A stretch of 52,065 nt of DNA from Spirochaetales bacterium (GCA_016928955.1 JAFGJV010000036.1:1-52065), one strand, 5' to 3'; positions 1 through 9,602 are shown, counted from the first letter of the stretch. Notes: generated by a model not told the origin, from the sequence alone. Translations and numbers: made by a program.

Positions 1-46
1 CGAACTCATGACCTTCTATGAATCACGAGTTAAGCCTTATCTGTAA
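1..46 (+). CDS. 3' end of a CDS entering the window (ELMTFYESRVKPYL*), product unknown
   Basis: Open frame from base 2 to TAA at 44-46 in lower-GC sequence; too short to identify. Confidence 0.35.
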   Translation, partial: ELMTFYESRVKPYL

Positions 47-226
47 GATGGGCATAACGGGTTTACACAAAATACTTGACATGACCCGTGATCTTCGGAG
101 ATTAAATTCTTTGAGGGGGTATAATCATTGACATGGATCGGTCACGGCTGTCGTCTCGAATGCCAACACAAATGGTAACTTGACCATTAACGTGTGCAGC
201 GAGGGCAGCGCGTGGTAGGGCTTTCC

Positions 227-721
227 TCAAGCGAGCCTTGAGAGCGCCCGCCGTATGTAAAACAGCCTGCACTTGATGGTCCCTTCCGGCTGGCCAAGCG
301 TTTTGGCCAGCTCGGATATGGGACGGCGCTCGCGGTAGAACAGGCGGTACAGCTCGCGGTCAGCCGGGCTCAAACCCTCAAGCATCAGGTCCACGCACAG
401 CCGCCGCCACTCCCCGTCCGGGCGGCCGTGCAGGGCCCGGTCGCTGGCGCAGTCGGCGGGCAGGGAGTCGCACAGCGCGTCCGCCTTCCGCACGCGCGAA
501 CGCGCCAGGTTCCTGGCTATGCCGTGCATCCAGGTGGACAGGCTGGAAGCGCCCCTGAACGAGCGCCTGGACAGCCAGGCCTCGGCCAGGGTGTCCTGGG
601 CAAGCTCCTCGGCCGCCTGCTCGTCGAGCAGCTCCTTCTTGAGCCACGCACACAGGCGGTCCACGCAGGACAGGGCGTCGGCCAGGAAGCGGCCGTCGTC
701 CGGCTCAGGCCCGGCCGGCAA
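227..721 (-). CDS. ECF-type RNA polymerase sigma-70 factor
   Basis: Region 2 (AEELAQDTLAEAW..F.G.SSLSTWMHGIARN) and region 4 HTH (ISELAKTLGQPEGTIKCRLF); TTG start overlaps the upstream gene. Confidence 0.85.
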   Translation of the reverse strand: MPAGPEPDDGRFLADALSCVDRLCAWLKKELLDEQAAEELAQDTLAEAWLSRRSFRGASSLSTWMHGIARNLARSRVRKADALCDSLPADCASDRALHGRPDGEWRRLCVDLMLEGLSPADRELYRLFYRERRPISELAKTLGQPEGTIKCRLFYIRRALSRLA

Positions 722-1331
722 GGTCCAGCACCTTCTCCGCGGTCAGGCCGGGCCGGTCGTGGCTGAGAACGCTGTCAAAGCCCTCCAGCGCCAGGTCCAG
801 GCGGCGTTCCTCGTCGGCCAGCATGGCGGCCTTCAGCTTTTCCAGCCTGATACGCGCCTGGAGGGGATCCGTCTGGTCCGCCACCAGGCGCAGGCCCAGG
901 CGGGTAAATGCGTCCGGGCAGGAATCGGACAAGGCCTGGATGTCGTCGTAGCGATCGCCGTCGACCATGCGGGCCAGATGGATAAAATTGGCCGCCTGCT
1001 CAAAGAGGCTAGACGGCCGGCTCAGGTACTCGGGCGTTGGCGGCTGGGCGGAGCCTTCCATGCGGTCAAAACGCTTAAGGAGGCGTTTGAACGTGGATAC
1101 GGCGCCGGCAATGGCCTGCGGGCCCAGGGTGCCCGCGTCCGACTCCATGTCTTGTTGCACGGCCTCGTACGCGCGCTTGGATATGTTCCGGTACAGGGCC
1201 TGGCGGGACTCGTCGTCCAGACCGACCAGGCAGGCAATGAAATCCCGGGTATCCACCTGCCGTATGGCCAGCTGGATGACGATGTTGTTGCGCTGGGTAT
1301 CTTCCAGGAACCGGCCAAGATTTTCTGACAT
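705..1331 (-). CDS. FliG C-terminal-domain protein with a C-terminal MotA-cytoplasmic-like segment
   Basis: N-half IQLAIRQVDTRD...YRNISKRA...QDME resembles FliG_C; C-half DAFTRLGLRLVADQTDP...LEGFDSV..DRP..EKV resembles MotA cytoplasmic motifs; AGGAGG RBS. Confidence 0.6.
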   Translation of the reverse strand: MSENLGRFLEDTQRNNIVIQLAIRQVDTRDFIACLVGLDDESRQALYRNISKRAYEAVQQDMESDAGTLGPQAIAGAVSTFKRLLKRFDRMEGSAQPPTPEYLSRPSSLFEQAANFIHLARMVDGDRYDDIQALSDSCPDAFTRLGLRLVADQTDPLQARIRLEKLKAAMLADEERRLDLALEGFDSVLSHDRPGLTAEKVLDLAGRA

Positions 1332-1380
1332 GTCAACCTCCTTAGGTCTTGTCCCCGGCCGGGACCGACCTCAATCTATT

Positions 1381-1419
1381 GGGAACCCTCTAAAAACCCC
1401 ATGGTTATTAGAGGCTCCC
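1381..1419. repeat. Intergenic palindromic (REP-like) element, copy A
   Basis: GGGAACCCTCTAAAAACC-ccat-GGTTATTAGAGGCTCCC; related to copies at 35.2, 41.6, 51.9 and 12.4 kb. Confidence 0.75.
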
Positions 1420-1450
1420 TATTGTTTAGTGCCCGTGGCCAGCCGGCAGG

Positions 1451-1479
1451 TTGAGAAAAAAACGCCGCGCTGGTATCGT
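1451..1479 (+). promoter_or_regulatory. Putative sigma70 promoter of the tldD operon
   Basis: TTGAGA-17 bp-TATCGT with TGn extension; GGAGG RBS follows. Confidence 0.5.
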
Positions 1480-1496
1480 TATGCGCCGGAGGCTTC

Positions 1497-2879
1497 ATGA
1501 AACACAGCGGCTTGGCCGATAGCGCCCGTCCCTTTGCCGAGTACACGGAAGTGCGGAGCCAGGAGAACCGGTCGTCACAAATCAGTTTATTGAACGGCGA
1601 CGTGGTGTCCAATGGCTCGGGTACGCAGTCCGGGGTGTCGGCCCGCGTGCACAAAAACGGCGTGTGGGGTTTCGCGTCGTCCCCCGAGAAGGACCGGGCC
1701 GCCCTGCGCTCGTGCGTGGAGCGGGCCACGGCCAATGCCCTGTTCCTGGCTTCCAAGGAGGGGCGCGACGCGGGGCTCCTGCCGTCCAGGCCCGGGACCG
1801 GGGACCACGACCTGGCCTCAGGCTCGCCTGGGCGGTCCAAGTCCGAGCTGGTTGAATTCATGCGCGACCTGGACGCGCACTGCGCCAAGAGCCTGCCGGG
1901 CCTGGCGTCCCGTTCGTTGGGCTTGAGCCGCCTGGACATGGAGAAAACCCTGGCCACGTCGGACGGGGCCGACTCCTGGTCGCTCATACCGCGTACCTTG
2001 ATTTTTGTGTCCCTGACCCTGGCCGCCAGGGGAGAGCCCATAGAGCTGTATGATGTGTTCGGCGGTCTGGGCAGCTTTGAGGACGTTTTTTCCGAGCCAT
2101 CAGCCCTGTACGGCCGCCTAGACCTGCTAGCCGAACGGCTCAGGCAAAAGGCCCGGGGCGTGTACGCCAAACCAGGTACCCATGACGTGATCCTGGACGC
2201 TGACCTGGCCGGCATCCTGGCCCATGAGGCCATAGGCCACACGGTGGAGGCCGACCTGGTGCTGGGCGGGTCTGTGGCGGCCGACTACCTGGGCCAGCCC
2301 GTGGCCAGTCCCCTCATCAGTCTTACGGATTTTGCGAACGACGCCCTAGGACGGCGCTGCCCGGTGCCCGTGTGGGTTGACGACGAGGGAATAGAGGCGC
2401 GGGACGCCGTGATCATAGACCGGGGGGTGCTTTCGTCGTACATGCACAACAAGGAGAGCGCCGCCCACTTCGGCGCCGAGCCCACGGGCAACGCGCGCGC
2501 GTACGGCTTTTCCGACGAGCCGATAATACGCATGCGGAACACGGCCATTCTGCCAGGGCAGAGCAGTCTGGAGGACATGATAGCCGGAGTGGACCGCGGC
2601 TACTACTTCCTGCGCCCGTCCAACGGCCAGGCGGATTCCACCAGCGAGTTCATGTTCGGCGTGACCATGGGCTACGAAATACGGGGCGGCAAGCTCGGCC
2701 CAGCGGTCAGGGACTGCACCGTATCCGGCGTGGCCTTTGACGTGCTCAAGACCGTGAGCGCCGTGTCGCGGGACATGAGCTGGACCGCCGCCGGCATGTG
2801 CGGCAAGAAGCAGTCCATACCGGTGGGCATGGGCGGCCCCGCCATACGCTGCAGGATGAACGTGGGAGGCCGGGCATGA
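1497..2879 (+). CDS. tldD: TldD family metalloprotease
   Basis: HEAIGH zinc motif, DDEG, GNARA, RMRNT, C-terminal CGK..Q..PV..GGP. Confidence 0.92.
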   Translation: MKHSGLADSARPFAEYTEVRSQENRSSQISLLNGDVVSNGSGTQSGVSARVHKNGVWGFASSPEKDRAALRSCVERATANALFLASKEGRDAGLLPSRPGTGDHDLASGSPGRSKSELVEFMRDLDAHCAKSLPGLASRSLGLSRLDMEKTLATSDGADSWSLIPRTLIFVSLTLAARGEPIELYDVFGGLGSFEDVFSEPSALYGRLDLLAERLRQKARGVYAKPGTHDVILDADLAGILAHEAIGHTVEADLVLGGSVAADYLGQPVASPLISLTDFANDALGRRCPVPVWVDDEGIEARDAVIIDRGVLSSYMHNKESAAHFGAEPTGNARAYGFSDEPIIRMRNTAILPGQSSLEDMIAGVDRGYYFLRPSNGQADSTSEFMFGVTMGYEIRGGKLGPAVRDCTVSGVAFDVLKTVSAVSRDMSWTAAGMCGKKQSIPVGMGGPAIRCRMNVGGRA

Positions 2880-4201
2880 CGGATCGCGCAGACGGAATGG
2901 ACGTGGTACGGGCCGCGCTCAAGGAACTGAAGGACGCCGGCGCCGACCAGGCCGTGGCGTCGCTGACCCGGGGCGAGAAGAGCGAACTGAACGTGGACTC
3001 TGGCCGCATGAGCCTGTACCGGACCACGGCCAACGTGTCCATAGGCGTGATGGCCCTGGTCGGTTCGCGCAAGGGCTCGGTGTCCGTCAACGACGCGTCG
3101 CCGGAGGCCATACGCACGGCGGCCAAGGAAGCCGTGGCCACGGCCCGCGCCGGGCGGCCCGATCCGGCCAACGGGATATCCCCGGCCCGTGAGCTGGAGC
3201 GCTTCAGCCGCGGGCAGGACAAGCCGGATTCGGAGGCCATGTACGCTCGTCTGCGCGAATTCGTGGACTACGCCGGCCGAGAGTACCCGGACACCATGCT
3301 GGAGCAGTGCGTGCTGGACTTTGTGGCCGTGGATACGTTTTACGCCAACTCAAACGGCGCCGAATTCGCCGAGCGCGACGGCGCATACGACTTTTCCGCT
3401 ATGTTCACCACCAAGAAGGGCGGCCGCGCGTCCAGCTTCAACAGCTCGGGCGCCAGCCACCTGTCCCTGGACACTCCGCTTGCCCAATGGGGCACCCTGG
3501 ACAGGCTCATGCGCGAGTCGGCGGCCAGCCTGGACGCCCGGCCGGTGGACCGCGCCTTCAAGGGAGATCTCATACTGACGCCCGACTGCCTTGGGGATTT
3601 TCTGTCCTTCCTGGACGACGCGTATCTGGGCGACTACGCGCTGATCACCGGCAACTCGCCCTGGAAAAAGAAACTGGGCCGGCGCGTGCTGTCGCCCCTG
3701 GTTACCGTGCGCTCCGAACCTAACGGGCCGCGCGTCGAGCTGGGCTACGGCTACACGGGAGACGGTTTCCGGGCCGAGAACTGCTCCATCATAGAGGCCG
3801 GCCGCCTGGAAAGCTTCACCCTGGGCCTGTACGGATCCAACAAGACGGGCCTGCCGCGCTGTCCGTCGGGCGGCGGCGCCGTAATCATGGAGCCGGGCGG
3901 GACCCCGTATACCGACATGGTGGCGTCCGTTAAGCGCGGCATCGTCATGTCCCGCTTTTCCGGGGGCTCACCCTCTAAAAACGGGGACTTCTCCGGCGTG
4001 GCCAAGAACTCCTTCCTGGTGGAGGACGGCAGGATAATCCGCCCGCTGGCGGAGACCATGGTGGCCGGCAACCTGGCGCGCCTGTTCAACGACGTGCGGG
4101 CTGTGTCGAAGGAAACCGTGTCCTTTGGCTCAAGCATCCTGCCCTGGGTGCTCTGCGGCGGGGTGCACATATCCGGGGCGGTCAAGGGGAGGGGAGCGTG
4201 A
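2876..4201 (+). CDS. pmbA: TldE/PmbA family protein
   Basis: ATGA overlap with tldD; GDFSG, F.VEDG.I..P..ETMVAGN motifs; no HExxxH. Confidence 0.85.
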   Translation: MTDRADGMDVVRAALKELKDAGADQAVASLTRGEKSELNVDSGRMSLYRTTANVSIGVMALVGSRKGSVSVNDASPEAIRTAAKEAVATARAGRPDPANGISPARELERFSRGQDKPDSEAMYARLREFVDYAGREYPDTMLEQCVLDFVAVDTFYANSNGAEFAERDGAYDFSAMFTTKKGGRASSFNSSGASHLSLDTPLAQWGTLDRLMRESAASLDARPVDRAFKGDLILTPDCLGDFLSFLDDAYLGDYALITGNSPWKKKLGRRVLSPLVTVRSEPNGPRVELGYGYTGDGFRAENCSIIEAGRLESFTLGLYGSNKTGLPRCPSGGGAVIMEPGGTPYTDMVASVKRGIVMSRFSGGSPSKNGDFSGVAKNSFLVEDGRIIRPLAETMVAGNLARLFNDVRAVSKETVSFGSSILPWVLCGGVHISGAVKGRGA

Positions 4202-5334
4202 CCATGTTCCAGCCATTCGAGCTAGAGCGCTTCTTTGCCAAACACGAGTTCAGCGCCAAGTGGCTCCTCTGCTCGTCAGATTGCGAGACCTTCCCGGTCC
4301 GCGAGCTACTGGCCATGGACCCGGACGCCCTGGACCGGCTCCTGGACCTGCGCCTGGGCTACACGGAGACGCGGGGCGCGCCCAGCCTCCGGGCGTCCAT
4401 AGCGGACTTGTATGCCGGCCTGGGCGCCGACCAGGTGTTCGTGCACGCCGGCGCCGAGGAAGCCATCCTGAACCTGTTCATGGCCGAGCTTTCCCCGGGC
4501 GACACGGTGGTGGTCAACGCGCCGTGCTACCAGTCCCTGGGGGAGATACCGCGGGCCCTCGGTTGCCGGGTGGTGGACTGGAACCTGCGCGTGGACGGCC
4601 AGGGCGACGCGGCGCGCTGGACCCTGGATCCGGACGAACTGCCCGGCCTGTCGGGCGGCACGGCCAAGATCATCGTCCTCAACCTGCCGCACAATCCCAC
4701 GGGCGCCTTGCTCACGCGTGACGAGTTCGAGGCGGTGGTGACCTACGCCAGGCGCACCGGGGCCCTGCTTCTGGTGGACGAGGTGTACCGGCGCCTGGAG
4801 CGCGAGCAGGCGCGGCGCCTTCCGTCCGTGTGCGAGGTGTACGAGAACGGCGTGGCCCTGGACGTGCTGTCCAAGCACTCCGGCCTGGCCGGCCTCCGCG
4901 TGGGCTGGCTGGCGTCCAGGCGCGCCGACGTGCTGGACCGGGTGGCCGTGGTCAAGGACTACAACTCGATATGCTCGTCCGGACCCAGCGAGGTCCTGGC
5001 CGAAATAGCCCTCCGGAGCCTGGACCGCATCGTGGGCAGGAACCGCGCCCTGGTCGCCCGGAACCTGCTCGTGTTCGAGCGCTTTCTGGCCGAGCGGCCG
5101 GATTTTGCCGCCTGGGTCCGGCCCGAGGGAGGGTCCATAGGCTTTCCGCGCCTGGCCGACGGCTCGGACGCCGAAAGCCTGGCCGAGCGCCTGGTGGCTG
5201 AGGCGGGCGTCCTCATCCTGCCCGGCCGCTTTTACCGGTACGACCAGGCGCACTTCCGCGTTGGCTACGGCCGCGCCAATTTTCCTGACGCCCTGGAGCG
5301 CCTGGGCGACTGGCTGGACGGACGGAAGGACTGA
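4198..5334 (+). CDS. PLP-dependent aminotransferase class I/II
   Basis: NLPHNPTG, DEVY, SKHSGLAGLRVGW (PLP lysine); GTGA overlap with pmbA. Confidence 0.9.
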   Translation: MTMFQPFELERFFAKHEFSAKWLLCSSDCETFPVRELLAMDPDALDRLLDLRLGYTETRGAPSLRASIADLYAGLGADQVFVHAGAEEAILNLFMAELSPGDTVVVNAPCYQSLGEIPRALGCRVVDWNLRVDGQGDAARWTLDPDELPGLSGGTAKIIVLNLPHNPTGALLTRDEFEAVVTYARRTGALLLVDEVYRRLEREQARRLPSVCEVYENGVALDVLSKHSGLAGLRVGWLASRRADVLDRVAVVKDYNSICSSGPSEVLAEIALRSLDRIVGRNRALVARNLLVFERFLAERPDFAAWVRPEGGSIGFPRLADGSDAESLAERLVAEAGVLILPGRFYRYDQAHFRVGYGRANFPDALERLGDWLDGRKD

Positions 5335-5346
5335 ACGCCGGTTTTC

Positions 5347-6270
5347 TCAGGCCAGCATGCCCTTGATTTCAGCTTCCGTGAAGCTGTACACGGAGCCGCA
5401 GTTGTGGCAGGCAAGCTCGACGGGAAAGGGGCCGTTGGCCGCAAGGTCGTCCCGCTCGTCCTTGGGCAGGGCCCTGAGGAAGCCGGCCATGCGCTCCCTG
5501 TCGCACGGGCAGGAAAAGGCCAGGGGCCGCTCCTCAAGCAGGTTGAGGTCAAAGAAGGTGAAGAACCTGAAGGCCAGGTCCCGCCGGGAAACGCCTTCCG
5601 CAAAGGCGCTTCCCAGGCATGGCAGGCTGTACACCAGCCGCTCCACGCGCTCCAGCGCCTCGTCCGAGGCAAAGGGCAGGGCCTGGAGGTACAGACCGCC
5701 CGCTCCTATGACGCGCCCCTGCTTGTCCAGCCGAACGCCCAGGGTAAAGCTGGTTTTTATCTGCTCGGACGCGTGGAAGTACCAGGCCAGGTCCCGGGCC
5801 AGGTCGCCGGTTTTTGCCGCGGCGCTGCCCGTGAAGGGTTCGGTCCTGCCGGCCATGAAGCGGGTGACGGACAGGGTGCCCGGACCAACCAGCCCGGAGG
5901 TATCCAGGCTCTCCGGCGGGGCGTCCAGCTGGAAGGGCGACAAAAAAAGGCGGCCGCGCACCCCGCCGGCCGCCGTGCATTCAACCGCGTAGCCCTGGGC
6001 CTGACCCGAGCCGTCCGCGCGCACGGCCAGCCTGTCGTCGCCCTTGATCGTGACGGACAGAAGCCCGGCGGCCAGGTAGGCCTTGCCCAGCACCAGCGTT
6101 TCCAGCACGCCCAGACCGTGTGCGCGCCGCATGAGGGACAGCATCCTCGTGCCCGACGCCAGCGCGCCGCGGACGGAGTCGCCCTCAAGGGTGAATATGG
6201 TGATGCCGTCCGGGGGCAGCGATGCCAGGTGGCCCGCCTCGACGGGGTCGTCTATGACAGGTTCTATCAT
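5347..6270 (-). CDS. hslO: Hsp33 redox-regulated chaperone
   Basis: YF..SEQI, AGGLYLQALP, C-terminal CPC...CHNC zinc centre. Confidence 0.9.
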   Translation of the reverse strand: MIEPVIDDPVEAGHLASLPPDGITIFTLEGDSVRGALASGTRMLSLMRRAHGLGVLETLVLGKAYLAAGLLSVTIKGDDRLAVRADGSGQAQGYAVECTAAGGVRGRLFLSPFQLDAPPESLDTSGLVGPGTLSVTRFMAGRTEPFTGSAAAKTGDLARDLAWYFHASEQIKTSFTLGVRLDKQGRVIGAGGLYLQALPFASDEALERVERLVYSLPCLGSAFAEGVSRRDLAFRFFTFFDLNLLEERPLAFSCPCDRERMAGFLRALPKDERDDLAANGPFPVELACHNCGSVYSFTEAEIKGMLA

Positions 6271-6467
6271 GGCGGTATCCTAGCCGGAACGCGTCGTGCG
6301 GGGAAAGCCCGCCAGGCCGGGTCCGTTCCGTCCGTGACATATCCTGGCCACAAAAATGGCGGCCGCGCTGTGATTTTGACCGGGTTCGGCGTATACTTTT
6401 CTGTGTGCCGGAACGCTTGTTTTGACGGCCGCAAGGCCGACCCTGCGCGCTCCGGGAAGGTGGAACA

Positions 6468-7268
6468 ATGTATAAGAAACGTATCGTTGCGTTCCTGGCT
6501 GCCCTCTTGCTGTTCGCGGCCGCGGTGGCCGCCCTGCCCGTGACCGTGGCCTTTGTGGACGGAACGGTTGAAGTCCAGAGCAAGGGAGCCTGGAAGGCCC
6601 TGGATTTTGGCGACAGCTTTGATTCCAGCCAGACCGTGCGCCTTGGGTCCAAGGCCGTGCTCGAGCTGTCCATACAGGGTGGCGACACCCTGGTGCTCGG
6701 GAATGCCGGCGTCTACGTGATAGACACCCTGATCAAGAAGAAGGCGCCAGCGGGCGTGGTGGCCACGGTCGCAGCCAAGCTCGAGAAGATAGCCAAGGGC
6801 GCCGGACAGGAAAGCACCGCCGGCGGCGTGCGGGCCGAGGACGTGAGCGACCTTGGCGCCGAGCTCCTGTGGGCTGGCGCCGGCAACGAGGCCGAGGCCA
6901 TGTACAACGCGGGCATCAACGCCTACGACGAGATGGATTATCCCCGGGCCTGGGAGCTGTGCCTGGAGGCCATCCGCATGTACAAGGAAGCGGCCGATCC
7001 GGCAGGCGCTGCCAGGGCGGCCTGGTACGCGTCCCTGTCCGGCCTTGCCTCAGGTTCGGGCGCCAAGGCCCTGTCCGCCCTCAGGCAAGCGTCTCCTGAT
7101 GACGCGGCCGCCCTGCGCGGATCCTACGTGCTTGCCCTGGCCACCCTGAACGCCCAGTACGGCAGTCCGGAGGAGGCCAAGACCCTGCTCAAGCATGCCC
7201 TGGACGAACACTGGTTTGACGATCCGTCCATGGAGCACGACGCCAGGAGTCTTCTGGCCGACCTGTAG
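6468..7268 (+). CDS. Exported protein, FecR-like N-terminal domain plus TPR-like helices
   Basis: Signal peptide; V.G.VEV...W..L..GD, TAGGVRA motif; Ala-rich helical C-half. Confidence 0.55.
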   Translation: MYKKRIVAFLAALLLFAAAVAALPVTVAFVDGTVEVQSKGAWKALDFGDSFDSSQTVRLGSKAVLELSIQGGDTLVLGNAGVYVIDTLIKKKAPAGVVATVAAKLEKIAKGAGQESTAGGVRAEDVSDLGAELLWAGAGNEAEAMYNAGINAYDEMDYPRAWELCLEAIRMYKEAADPAGAARAAWYASLSGLASGSGAKALSALRQASPDDAAALRGSYVLALATLNAQYGSPEEAKTLLKHALDEHWFDDPSMEHDARSLLADL

Positions 7269-7283
7269 TTTCCGGCGACCATC

Positions 7284-8078
7284 GTGCTGACGGACGCCCA
7301 CTTCCACGCCAACGACCTGGCCGCCGTCCAGCCGGACCTGGCCGGGTCGTACCGTTCCCTCGGCGTCCTGGGCGTGGCGTCCGTCCATGATCCGGCAGGG
7401 CTTCAAAGCTCCCGCCGCGCCATGGATGGCGCGGGAGCCTGGCTGGTGTCCGCCGGGGTGCATCCCCAGGCGCCCGATCCGGAATTGCTGCCGTTCGTGG
7501 AGGGGCTCGCCGAGTCCGGAGCCCTGGCGGCCGTGGGCGAATGCGGTTTTGACTTCTTTGGCGACCGTCCCGAACGCGTCCGCACCCCCGCCAACGAGGC
7601 TACCCAGCGTTGCGTGTTCGAGGCCCAGCTGGACCTGGCCACGCGCCACAGCCTGCCGGTCATCCTGCACCTGCGGCGCGCCAACGACATTGTGTTCGAG
7701 TACGCGCGGCGCCTGTCGGCCCTGCCCGCCGTGGTCTTTCATTCCTGGCCCGGTCCCCTCAACGAGGCCCGCGCGCTCCTGGAGCGCTGCCCGCGCTCGT
7801 TTTTCTCCTTCGGCGCATCCGTGCTCAACGGCAAGCGTTCGGCGGCGGAGTGCGCCGCGCTCCTGCCTGTGGGCCGCGTCCTTACGGAAAGCGACGCCCC
7901 GTTCCAGCCTCCGCGCGTTTCACCCCAGCCCCACGCCCCCCTGGCCAGGCAATACTCGACCTTTGCCGACATCCCCGCTATCATCGCGCGGATGGCCGGC
8001 TTGAGAGATATGGAGCCGGCCGAGTTGGAGAACAGGCTGTACGCCAATTTCACGGAGGCCTTTGGGCATGCCCTTTGA
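7284..8078 (+). CDS. tatD: TatD family hydrolase/DNase
   Basis: DAHFH, GVHP, VGECGFD, LPVILH.R, FHSW, LTESDAP. Confidence 0.88.
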   Translation: MLTDAHFHANDLAAVQPDLAGSYRSLGVLGVASVHDPAGLQSSRRAMDGAGAWLVSAGVHPQAPDPELLPFVEGLAESGALAAVGECGFDFFGDRPERVRTPANEATQRCVFEAQLDLATRHSLPVILHLRRANDIVFEYARRLSALPAVVFHSWPGPLNEARALLERCPRSFFSFGASVLNGKRSAAECAALLPVGRVLTESDAPFQPPRVSPQPHAPLARQYSTFADIPAIIARMAGLRDMEPAELENRLYANFTEAFGHAL

Positions 8079-8907
8079 CGACAGAAGCAGGATACTCTTT
8101 GGCGAACAGGGGGCGCGCATTCTTGCATCGGCGCGGGTATGCGTGTGGGGTCTGGGCGGCGTTGGGGCCGCGGCCGCCATGGACCTGGTGCGCTCTGGCG
8201 TTGGCGGCATTGTGGCCGTGGACTTTGACCGGGTTGCCGAATCCAACCTCAACCGGCTGTACTTTGGCTACCGCGACACCGTGGACCTTCCCAAAACCGA
8301 CGCTTTTGCCTCTGCCGCAAGGCGCGTGAACCCGGACGTGGACATACGCCTGGTCGGGTCCCTGGTCCGCGGCGCCGCGGCCGCGGACAGCATACCCGCC
8401 GACTGCGACTTTCACCTGGACTGCATAGACAGCCTCAACCCCAAGGTCAACGTCTTGTCGGCTTTGCTTGAGCGGGACCTGCCCTTTGCCACCTGCATGG
8501 GCACCGCTGGCCGACTGGCGCCGGAACGCCTGCGCGTGGGCTCCCTGTGGGACAGTTCGGGCTGTCCCCTGGCCCAACGGGTGCGGCAGAGGCTCAGGCG
8601 CTTTGGCTGGGTTCGCCCGCCTTCGCGCCAGGAAAAGAGGGCCGCGTGGCTGGAACGCGCGCGCGCCCTGGAACAGGGCCTGGAACCGGAGGCCGGTCCG
8701 GGCACGCCGGCCCGTATCCTGGCCGTGTGGACGGACGAGCCTCCCGCTCCGCCGGCCCCGCCGCCTGACGGGCTCAGGGCAGGCCAGGTGGTGGACGGGG
8801 TGCGTATCCGTGTCGTCCAGGGGTCGGCACCTTTTGTGCCCCAGGCCGCCGGCCATATCATGGCCAGTCTGGCCGTACGGAGCCTTCTGGGCAAACCAGA
8901 CTGGTAA
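8068..8907 (+). CDS. tcdA: ThiF-family tRNA threonylcarbamoyladenosine dehydratase
   Basis: GLGGVG, DFD.V..SNLNR, DCID, MGTAGR, CPLA..VR..LR, GS..FVP; ATG at 8068. Confidence 0.8.
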   Translation: MPFDDRSRILFGEQGARILASARVCVWGLGGVGAAAAMDLVRSGVGGIVAVDFDRVAESNLNRLYFGYRDTVDLPKTDAFASAARRVNPDVDIRLVGSLVRGAAAADSIPADCDFHLDCIDSLNPKVNVLSALLERDLPFATCMGTAGRLAPERLRVGSLWDSSGCPLAQRVRQRLRRFGWVRPPSRQEKRAAWLERARALEQGLEPEAGPGTPARILAVWTDEPPAPPAPPPDGLRAGQVVDGVRIRVVQGSAPFVPQAAGHIMASLAVRSLLGKPDW

Positions 8908-8951
8908 AGAAGCCCAGAGGAATACGGCGGCCGGAACGGCGGGGGCCTCCG

Positions 8952-9602
8952 CTATTTCTTGCGTTTGGAATTCACAAAGCGGATAAAGTCGTTGATGTTC
9001 TTGACCACGATGCGGTCCTGGTACAGCTCCACGCGGCGCTGGTTGGAGAAATGGCCCAGGATGGTCTGCACGTCGTTCAGGTTCATGCCGGCCCAGTGCG
9101 CCACGTCGTCCACGGTTACCTTGAACTCGCGCTTGTCGCCGTCCAGCTCGGCCGCGCCCTGGTTCATGGGCGCGCGCGTCTCGTCCAGCATGAGGAACAC
9201 GTCCGCTATCTTGGCCTGGGGATCCTCCAGGGTCAGGATCATGAAGCGGCGCTTCTGGTCGTATATGCGCTTGGCAAACAGCCTGAGGAGCCTGAGGGCT
9301 ATCTGGGGATTGCCCATCATGAGTATCTCAAAGTTGGCGCGGTTGAATTCCAGGACCTTGACCGTGTCCAGGGCAATGGCGTTGGCTGAGCGCGGAGCGC
9401 CCTCCAGAATGGCCATCTCGCCAAAGATCTCAGGCGGCTGGAGTATGTCTATGTTTTTCTCTATGTCCCCGACGATTTTGGTTATGCGTACCCTGCCGGC
9501 CTGGATCAGGTAAAAACTGTCGCCGGGCTCGTACTCGGCAAAGATCAGCTCCCCGGGTTGGTAGGTTCTGGCAAAGCGGCTGAAACCGGACAGGTCGGAC
9601 AT
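8952..9602 (-). CDS. Crp/Fnr-family cNMP-binding regulator
   Basis: cNMP domain (FGEMAILEGAPRSANAIA) plus C-terminal HTH-like region. Confidence 0.88.
   Translation of the reverse strand: MSDLSGFSRFARTYQPGELIFAEYEPGDSFYLIQAGRVRITKIVGDIEKNIDILQPPEIFGEMAILEGAPRSANAIALDTVKVLEFNRANFEILMMGNPQIALRLLRLFAKRIYDQKRRFMILTLEDPQAKIADVFLMLDETRAPMNQGAAELDGDKREFKVTVDDVAHWAGMNLNDVQTILGHFSNQRRVELYQDRIVVKNINDFIRFVNSKRKK

Noticed and set aside
1478..1484. GTTATGC resembling a cassette core site before tldD
   Set aside because: Overlaps the predicted -10 box of a core-genome operon; no matching inverse site downstream
3971..3982. CCCTCTAAAAAC matching the REP core
   Set aside because: Lies inside pmbA coding sequence and has no complementary arm; probably chance
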